DNA of 63,615 nucleotides, filler included, from Conidiobolus incongruus B7586 (Eukaryota): NCBI GenBank assembly GCA_000697335.1. It is 6 parts of 6 records of this genome, joined end to end, with 100 filler letters (N's around TTAATTAATTAA, not from the genome) between each part and the next. Parts side by side here need not be neighbours in the genome. Positions count along the whole stretch, not along the records: positions 51,197 to 61,039 come from JNEM01006429.1; positions 61,140 to 63,615 come from JNEM01006433.1; 4 more parts are not named here. One strand, 5' to 3'. Shown piece by piece: positions 54,101 to 63,615 of this stretch (position 1 is its first letter; each line of letters starts with the position of its first letter). The notes under the pieces were generated by a model. It saw only the letters and a program-made list of their open reading frames with translations, ran no database searches and was not told where the DNA came from. The position numbers and the translations under genes were made by a program.

Positions 54101-54720
54101 TAACATAAACCGGAGACTATACTTTTTGCCATATTTTTAATTCATTTAAAATTAATAGTTAAAATATATTACAATAGTTTAACATATCAATGTTAATATT
54201 TAATACTTATATGGATATCTAGGATTAAATCATCTATCTAATATGGTTATTCTGAATAAACTTAAAAATAAGTTCAATTATAATTTGCATAATAAGTTGA
54301 TTAATTTGAATCAATGATTAATATCATGAATTTATCATATATTATAAAAATCATTAATTTTATTATTGTGTTTGTAATTGAAAGATTTAGCCAGTTTTTT
54401 ACTTGTAATAAAAAGAGTGATATTTTAAGCCAATCAACCAATTAAATTCGATCACTTTATTGTAGTACAAAAGATCACCTTAATTTAATAAATCAAGAGT
54501 TCGGGATTCAATTTCAATTTTTATTCTAATTAATCTCATAAGTATTCAACATTTAACTGATAAAAATACAACAAATTCATATATTATTACATTTATCATT
54601 AATATTATAATTAAAATATATATTTTTTGTTTATAGTATATATTTAATATAAAATATTTATCTAATTAACTATTGTTAATTTTAATTAATCTTAATTATA
54701 TATACATTAAATAATACAGG

Positions 54721-57700
54721 ATGACTCGTAAGGGTAATTCAAAATTTGTAAAACCAAATCCTACTCCTTCTCATATCAATGACACACCGTTAGCTCCAAG
54801 TTTATCTAACCCTCCACTTCAACTTGATTCCGATGTTGCACCCGAATCTCTCTCTAAAATATTCCCCTCTCATAAAGAAACCGAGCCTATTCAAGTACAT
54901 TCAAAACGGAACAGAAGTCAAAGTTATTCCTCTTCTACTCACTCGCCCAAAGAACTAATGGCAGCAATGAAAGCCGCTCAGAAACCTGCCAAAAATAAAT
55001 TTTCTTCTACAAAACCTTCAAATAAAGATAATAATGAAGATTTTCAATTTGTTGAAGGTAAACAGAGAAGTGCTTCTTATCAAGTATTGCCTCAACCTCC
55101 TGTGAAGAATAAGCCTATCAAACAACAGAAACCTCCCTCTACTTCTATGAATTCAGTAATAAATCAAGTGCTAATGTCTTCCGATCCCAAAAAGATGGCA
55201 GATAAACTATTAGAATCTAATCATTATAAATACGTTGGAGTTTTAGCTGAATTATCTGATTCATTACGAAACTTCTTAAGCAACTTAGAGCAAACCAGGG
55301 CTATAACAAGAACCAATAGTTTGGCTTCATATGGAACAATCGGCAGATCTGGTATCCATGGATCGCATCGTTCCAATAGTCGTGTTAAAACGCCTTTATC
55401 CCATTTCAGTAGCGCGCAAGGTCAAAGCGGCGAAGATGATGAAGAAGGCAATGGAACAAGTGGACTAAATATCAATGACCAAACCAAAGAAGTTTCTGAA
55501 TTTGCCAAACTTTTAATGAACTATTATACTGAAACTCTTAGCCAAGTTGAAAGTTTAACCGCTGAAAACGAAAACATGACTAACATCATTAATGAATTGC
55601 AGAGAGATCGAGAAAAATTACAAAAACAAGTCCACTTGATCCAAGATCAATCTGAAAATCATGAAAATGAAAATCTTCAACTTCAGCAAACAAGAGAAGA
55701 GTTACTGGCAGAAAATCGTGATTTAAGGAATCATAATACTCAACGAGAATTAAGGATCAAAGATCAAGAAAACAAATTACTAGAAAACAAGGAAGAGATC
55801 CTCAAACTTAAAGGCAGTTTGACAGAAAAGGATAAAGATTTCCAAAAAATGAAAGTGCGTTTAGAATCTGAAATCAAAGCAATTAGAGCCAGAATAGCTG
55901 AAATCCAAACACAGAAGAGTGAACTTGAGAAGAAGCTTAAACAATCGCAGGAAGACAATGAAATAGCGAGAAAGAGAATTGAAGAGCTCTTACATGAGCT
56001 GCAAGAAAGCCAAAGTGAGCTCAATAGAAGTATCATCATGGAGCAAAGCAATACACATTTAGAATCACCATCCTCATCCCCTGTAATTTCTCCTCAAAAA
56101 GCTCTGGATGCTGATCTTCCTCAGATCAGTGCTCTTGAAGAGCAGTACAAAGCTCGTATAGAAAAACTTCAAAAATCGAGAGAGAAAGCTAAGTCTCAAA
56201 TCAATAAGTTCAAGAAAGAGAGACAGGAGCTCTTAAAGGCAATTAGTAAGCTTCAGGAAAAATCAATAAGCCAAAAACAACAAATTGAAATTCTTGGTGG
56301 CCACAGTGATGATGAAGAGAGCAGTGATGCAGATTGGGATTTCAATAGAAAATTCGATCCCAACTCCATCCCTACGAGCCCTCTCCATTCGGATGATGAA
56401 TCTGTGGTTTCCAATGATGGCTTCGAAATACCCGCACAATCTGGTAAACTTTCCATTTCGACCAAATCTAGTCATTCACGCTTCAAGTTTAAAACGCACC
56501 AGAGTATTACTCCTCCAGATGTTTCCGAATCAGAAGAATCAGATGCTACTGGTCCTAAAATGAATCCGCATATTGGTTCGCATGCATTCAACAGATCTCT
56601 TTTTAGAAAGAAGCATACTTTGAATGATCAATCACTCACCTTAAGCCAAGTTTTAAATGGAGATGTATTATCGCCAAAGACACCTGGACCCTATCCAATG
56701 AATGCTTACTATCGTCCAGATGAGAAATCAATACCAAGTAATATTTATTAATTTCATTGTTTGATTTTTTCTAATACATCATTATAATTAGGTTCCCCAA
56801 CTTCAGCACAAGGCACTCTACTATCCGATTACCTAATGGTCAAAGATCCTGCTGAATCTTCTGAAAAACTTTCCGATTTGGTAGATACCAGCTTGAACAA
56901 GGTATTAACCAAATTTAACATTCAGCTTCCTTTGTCGACAGAGCAAGGTCTGTATAAACCCAAGCCATCTCAAGAATTATTAAATCAATCAGACCAAAAT
57001 GTTTATCGATCTGAATCCGAATACTCTACAGATTTCGAAGGATCCAGCTATTATAAAGTTGACTCAAGACTCGCAACTGATGTTGAATCACTCACCTTTC
57101 ATATCATTTCACGTCTTTCACCTCTATTAAACAAATCTGAGCCATCCCAAACTTCGAAATCTTCCAATCCTCTACCTACCAATGAACTCCAAATTTCGCA
57201 AGAAAATATCCATACCTTGAAACAACTCATTCATAATAGTCCAATTCAAGAAAAATCAAAAATTATCAATATTATCAAGCTTATTCAGCCTATGTTTATT
57301 AATAACGAAACAATTGTTGATATATTTGAATTAGGTATATTTTATTTGTTATTTTATTTTTCATTCAACTAACATACTGACTAACTGTAGATACTATTGA
57401 AAGTGCTTCAAATGTTGATAATACTGCTTTACAACAATCCAAAGAACTTTCTCTTCAGAGCCAAGAACAACAAGCTGTATTTTCAACTAATGATCTCAAG
57501 ACATCCAATTCTGCTACATTAGAACCTATTCCTGAAGCCAGCGAGACTGCTTCACAGAAAACTCCATCTGAAAGGAAAATTGTTATCACAAATGACACAT
57601 CTGCTCAAAATTCACCAACTCATGAGAAGATTGCTGTTTCAAATGATCCATCTACTGAAACCTCCCCTGAGTTTTCTGTTCAATCTCCTGGAAGCGATAT

Positions 57701-59321
57701 TCCAACAGTTCCTCAAGGTCCAACTAGCTTACCTGTTCCTTCTATCCAGAATAAGGACTCCATACTATACTCTCGAGACACTTCCGCACCAATTTCGACT
57801 GATGAGATTGTAAATTATATTAAAACCGATTCTGAGTTCCAAAAGAACTTTGTATCTTCAATATCCAAATTAATTGTTATGGCTTCGTCCAAGGTTGAAT
57901 CTGCTGCTGAAAGCCCATTGACTGCCGAAGATGAAAAATCGATCCAAACCATTGCTTTAATTTATCAAATCTTCCATTCTACTTCTGCCCAAAAAGTACT
58001 CAATAACTACAGATATCACAGAGCTCCTAATACTAACGCACAAGATAACAAAAATCAAATCTTGGAACCATCCTTTTCCACTTCTTCATCAGATCAACTC
58101 CCTAATATCCTTCAAGAAATTGATGAGCCATCCTCATCATCACTCATTATGACATCTCCTACTGCTCGATCATCTTCTCCCCAACCTAAACCAGACACCG
58201 AAATTAACTCAGAGGTTTCACCATCTTCCTCAGATCAAGTAATTCACAATGTTACCAGTGCATTAGGTTTAATGCAACCTAGACCTCTCAGTCAATCTAC
58301 TCCTCCCCATCCTTCACAACCTTTACCTCCCACACCTCAGCTTAATTCAGTCAATGAGTCTAATGATATCGATGAAAGCATTGAAACCTCTCAAACTCAT
58401 AGTACAAACAGCACTTCTCCTCAAATCTATGGCAAGCTATTGGAGTTATCTTCTTCCAAATATGTTCCTCTTGTTGACCAGAATGCTCATCGTAATCTTA
58501 CTCCTACATCTCCTATCCTCTCAGGTTTAACTCAAAATCGCGCTTCTTCCACCATTCCCTCCTCTATCACTGGTGACTTAGATGAGGCTATTATCCTTTA
58601 CTCTCTTACACAAACTATGGTAGGAGAAATGATGCATAAATTTGTCAAATATGAATCTACTCGAGGTCATACTACTAAATGCCATCAAAGATTTGTTTGG
58701 GTACATCCTTATACTAAAACTATAAATTGGTCACCCTATGCACCTGGCCCTGGACAGCAGACTGACATGCTTGGACATACCATGCATCGTTCAGTATACT
58801 TCAAATCTATTAAGGTGGTTAAAGATCCACCTGAAGCTATCCCTCCTGGAGCTTGCAGATATAGTATTATCATCGATACAGGAAAATCCAGGTACAAATT
58901 CAAAGCATCTTCTAAGACTAGACATGATATTTGGTTTACTAGTTTAAATTTCATTCAAAAGCATATTCCCTCACGCTTAGATATTACCCCAGCTTCAGCC
59001 AATCTATTAGGTACTCAACAAGCTCCATCTTTAGTGAGATCCAATACATCTAAACGCCCTATATCGCCGCTTACTAAGCGATTGTCTCAGCACTCAGCAA
59101 TCGAAGGCAGCAGTACTTCGCATCCTGATCGTCCTCCTTCTTCACTCTCCACCCGATCCAATTTAAGTCGTCCTCAATCCCCCGCCAGAAGTTTGGTATC
59201 TCGAGGCACACACACATTGACTAAAATGCTGAGCAAAACCAGTCTTAATTCTCTGCACTTTGGAAGCCAATCATCCCAAAGCAGTAGACAATCCAGATCA
59301 GATCATTTATCTCAAGCTTAA
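54721..59321 (+). CDS. Num1/Mcp5/ApsA-like cortical anchor: coiled coil plus C-terminal PH domain (introns 56738-56791, 57335-57390)
   Basis: Two GT-AG introns join three ORFs in frame. Long coiled coil. PH motif LTQTMVGEMMHKF...HQRFVWVHPYTKTINWS..PG...YKFKASSKTRHDIWFTSLNFI. Confidence 0.85.
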
Positions 59322-61039
59322 TACCTTCGACAACTATTTATGACACTCAATATTTCCTCCCTTTTCATTTTAATCCACTAAAATTAATTTCTTCATATTC
59401 TAAAATTAACCCAATTTTTATTATTGAATCCATGTAGATCATTTTCAATAAAAATCCCTAAAATTCTATTAGTCTCAAATTTAAACATGGCTCAGACCTT
59501 AATTAATCATATGCTTAATAAAATTTTATATAACGTAGTCAATATTATATAACTTTATAAAATGATTTATAGTTAATAGTTTCAATATTTGTAATAACTT
59601 TTTTGTGCTTTATATAATGAAAATTAAATTAGATAACGAATTTTAGATTCAAATTAATAATATTCGTGATAATTTAATTAAATCTATAGGCTTTATTACT
59701 AATTAAGTAGAATAAATTAATCAAATTAATAATAATTCGATCGTTTAATTTTACTGATATAACAATTAGCATATATTTATTATTATATGCTTGTTTATCA
59801 GCTAATTCTGATAACAGTTAATTATATTATAACATAAGAGTATATATTTGAGAAAATATTTAATTGATTTATGTTTATTATAAATAAGCCTTCGAAAAAT
59901 ATTTATATCACAATTTTAAAATATTTAAACATCATTAATAAATACTTTATCAAACCCATTATAGTTTTAATTTTAAACATATTTATTAAAATATAGATTA
60001 TGAAATATGGTAAGCTAATGGTATTAATGGTAAAAAATAAAGAAAAAAAATTTGATATTAGTATAAAAATCAAATAATTACAAAATTTTAAAATCATAAA
60101 TAAATAAACTTTTAATTTATGATATAAATATTAAATATATAAATGATATAGAATTAATACTCTTTTCTATTAATAATAACTTTCCATTATATTTTCAGCC
60201 AGTTTTTAATACCTAATAAACAGATCTTTTTATTAAATATTCAAACTTAATACTCGACGAACTAATTAAATTTATAAAGATTTTGTCCTTATGGGCTTAT
60301 TTTTTAATTGTTTAATACAAATATAATTATATATATATTAAAATTTAGTAAATATACTGGATATGGTAAATCTCTTGAATTTTTTATATAGGAATTCTTT
60401 TATAATTTTAATTTTGTATCTTTTGATTATTATATAATGGAATAAGAGTTTTGATTTATAGTATATATATTAATTAAAGATTATTTAAACAAATATTATA
60501 CTTATTATTAATTAATTAATTTTTAAGATTAAAATAAAGATATATATTGTTATAATTTATTATAATAATTGTTACAAATTTACAAATAAAATATTTATTA
60601 ATTTAAAATTTCAAAAGGCTTTTTAATTTAATATTTAGGTTATTTTTAAAATAAAATAATTATATAAAGAAATTTAAAATTTATTGATAATAATTATATA
60701 ACAATATTATTATTGATTATATTTGTCTAAATTTTGTTTAATTTTAGTTATTTAAGCTCTATTTAAACTTTTACTATATTATAAGATAATTGTTTTATAA
60801 TTATATTGGTTAAACCAAGTATATGATTTTTTATATATAATATAATTATATAATTAATATTAAATTCCTTTAATAAGTTTATAATAAATATTAGAAATAT
60901 ATTTTATATTTTTTTATTTTATTAAAAATAATAGGTATAGAATTTATACATATATTTTAGTTAATTTTAGATATCTTTTTATTTACAATAATAATTTTAA
61001 TAATAAATGGTAATATTAAATAAAAAATTACTTTTATAA

Positions 61040-61139
61040 NNNNNNNNNNNNNNNNNNNNNNNNNNNNNNNNNNNNNNNNNNNNTTAATTAATTAANNNNN
61101 NNNNNNNNNNNNNNNNNNNNNNNNNNNNNNNNNNNNNNN
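61040..61139. other. Artificial assembly linker
   Basis: N44-TTAATTAATTAA-N44. Confidence 0.97.
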
Positions 61140-62194
61140 TAATTATAAAAAAAATGTTTTTAAGATTTTATTAAAATTATTTAAGTTTAAATTATATTAA
61201 ATATATTATAAATAATATAAATTAGATTAATATTATCTATTTAAAGGGTATTTATTAGCTTTAGAGTTAATTTAGTTTTTTTAGCAATAATAATTGCTTT
61301 TATATATTTTCTAATAATTTTAATTTTTTTATTAACTATTTTCTTATAAAGTTTTAGAATAGAAATATCTATCATATGAAATTTAATTGAATTTAAGTTT
61401 TTAGGTAAAAATTTTATTTAAAAATAAAAAATATCAAAAATATTATAAAAAATAATATTAGAATTTATTTTATTTTAATGAAAATTTTACTTAAGAATTA
61501 AAGCTTTATAATAACTTAGGGATTTATTTTATTTTAGTAAAATTAAATTTATTATAATATATTCTTTTAAAATTTTGAAAAAATTATCTATAAAAATTTC
61601 CTATTTAAATTAAAAAAATTTTTGAATAATTAATGAAACTTGATTTTTTAATTATTATTTTTTAATATATTTTTCAATTATATAAAGGTCTAAATTCTTA
61701 TAACAAGTTATTTATCTAAAAACTATTTCAGATTAAATATATAATAATTTGAACACTTAATATAAAAAAATCTTTGTAAAAAATTAGCTAATATAAAGAT
61801 ATTTTTCCAATTTTTTAAAAATCAAATTAATATTATTTTTATGTATCTTAAATTTATAGATATTTTTCAAACTATTATAAATAATTAACTTATTATTGAA
61901 AATTTTTGAAAGACTAGTTTTTTATATTTTTATATATAATTTAATTAATTATAAACTATATAATTAATTTATACTTTTATAACTAAGTTAATTTTATAAA
62001 TAACTTAGAATTATTTAATAAATTAGTTTTTTTTCTAATCTTTATTATTTTTTATTTTTATATTGTTTCTAAGATTAAGATTATATTCTATTAATATTAT
62101 AATATATTAACACTATCTAATATAAAGCTTAATATATTAGTAACTTATTTTAATTTAAAACTGAATTAAATTTTATTTTTATTTTTATATTATA

Positions 62195-63483
62195 TTACCT
62201 TGAATTTGAAATAATGGGAAATTTTTTAATTTCTAATTTTTCAAACATATTATTAGTTTGAAATAAATAAATATATACAAAGTTAATAGGAAATATATAT
62301 ATATTAGTTTTTTTGATTAAAAAATTAACTTTTTAAAATTGGTTGTTTAATTTAATTATGCTTAAACCAAATAGTGATCATCAAAAGTCTTTTATTTTGG
62401 TATCAGTAAAACTTAACCATAAACCCTCTAAAATTATTCAAAATTTACAAGCAGCTTTTGGTAATGAAGCATTATCTAAATCAACAATTTATTGCTGGGT
62501 AAATTACTTTAAGGCTAGGAAATAAATTACCCAAAACCTGTTAAAATCTAAAAGACTAATTTCAACTATCACTTTTCTAATTATTAATAAAGTAAAGAGA
62601 TATATTAAAAAGTATACTTTTATTTTAACTAGAGAATTATCAAGATACTTTAATATTAGTTATATAAGTATTTTATATATATCAAAATTTAAATTTAAAT
62701 TAATTAATAAAAATGTAAAATAGGTACCTTATAATTTAACTAAAGCTTAAAAAAAGCTAAAGTAGCTATTGCTAAATAAAACTTACTAAGGTATAACCAG
62801 AAACCAAGGCTTTTACAGTAAACTAATATAATTAATGAATCTTAGATTTTTTTGTATAATCCTTTACTAAAATATAAATCAAAGTGTTAGATTAAGCTAA
62901 ATCAACCCCCTCTATAAATTCTATTAAATAAACACTGAATTGAAAAGCAAATGTTAATTATTATAATAGATTATAATAGCATATGCTATTCTTATTTATT
63001 TCCTAAAAGAAAATCAATTAATAATAAACTTTATATTTCTTTTTTAAATAAAACTATTTCTAATTAGTATTCTCAATATAATTTAAGAAAACCTATTATT
63101 TTGCAAGATAATTATAAAATACATAAATTTAAATTTATAAAAAAACTTTATAATTAAAAATAACTAGAAAGAACTACCAAATCTAATATATTCTTTAGAT
63201 TATAACCTATGTAATTATAATTGTTTTGGGTAATTAAAAAACTAGCTTACAAGAAAGAAAATTTTTACAACAAAATTTAATTAGTTTATAAAATATAAAA
63301 TATCAGACTTTAATAAAAAAACTATTTTTTAGTTATTAGAGCTTTGCTAAAAGTATAGCAAAAAGTTATTAGAAATAAAAGAAACTATTAATTTTATAAT
63401 ATATATTTATTTTTAACTGTTTTGTATTAAAATATATTTTTTTTCAATTGTAAAAAATTCCCATTATTTAAATTATAAAGTAA
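62195..63483 (+). mobile_element. Full-length (~1.29 kb) degenerate mariner (DD34D-type) transposon
   Basis: TIRs ttaccttgaatttgaaataatgggaaatttttt and aaaaaattcccattatttaaattataaagtaa, flanked by TA. HTH LQAAFGNEALSKSTIYCWVNYFK, (W)VP(H)NLT at 62721, YS(P)DxxxC(D)Y at 63189. Confidence 0.9.
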
Positions 63484-63615
63484 TATTATATTTTATATTA
63501 TATTACTTTATATTTAATTTTTCTTTATATTATATTAATTTAAATACCAATATATTTATATATTAATAATATATTACTATTAAAAATCTATTAAATAATT
63601 AATAACTATTTATAC

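Overview
Very AT-rich eukaryotic genomic DNA with short (~35-70 bp) GT-AG introns. Gene content and style suggest an early-diverging fungus, possibly Conidiobolus/Entomophthoromycotina-like (inference only). The window is six contigs joined by five artificial 100-nt N/TTAATTAATTAA/N linkers. Intact genes: an ER-type UDP-glycosyltransferase, an alpha/beta hydrolase, an ING PHD protein, a DH-PH-FYVE RhoGEF, ATP12, PUS10, tRNA-Val(CAC), a conserved membrane protein, SERP1/RAMP4, an LRR protein, an RFHAWQS membrane protein, histone H4 and a Num1/Mcp5-like PH protein. Main points of interest: (1) a tandem family of small secreted amphipathic peptides (two intact genes plus a pseudogene missed by the ORF track, sharing a promoter motif), whose internal helix aligns without gaps to staphylococcal delta-toxin and may be a peptide cytolysin; (2) Tc1 and mariner elements destroyed largely by C>T/G>A transitions, a RIP-like pattern; (3) a multiply disabled Mtf1/mtTFB-like pseudogene. 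All alignments were made by eye.
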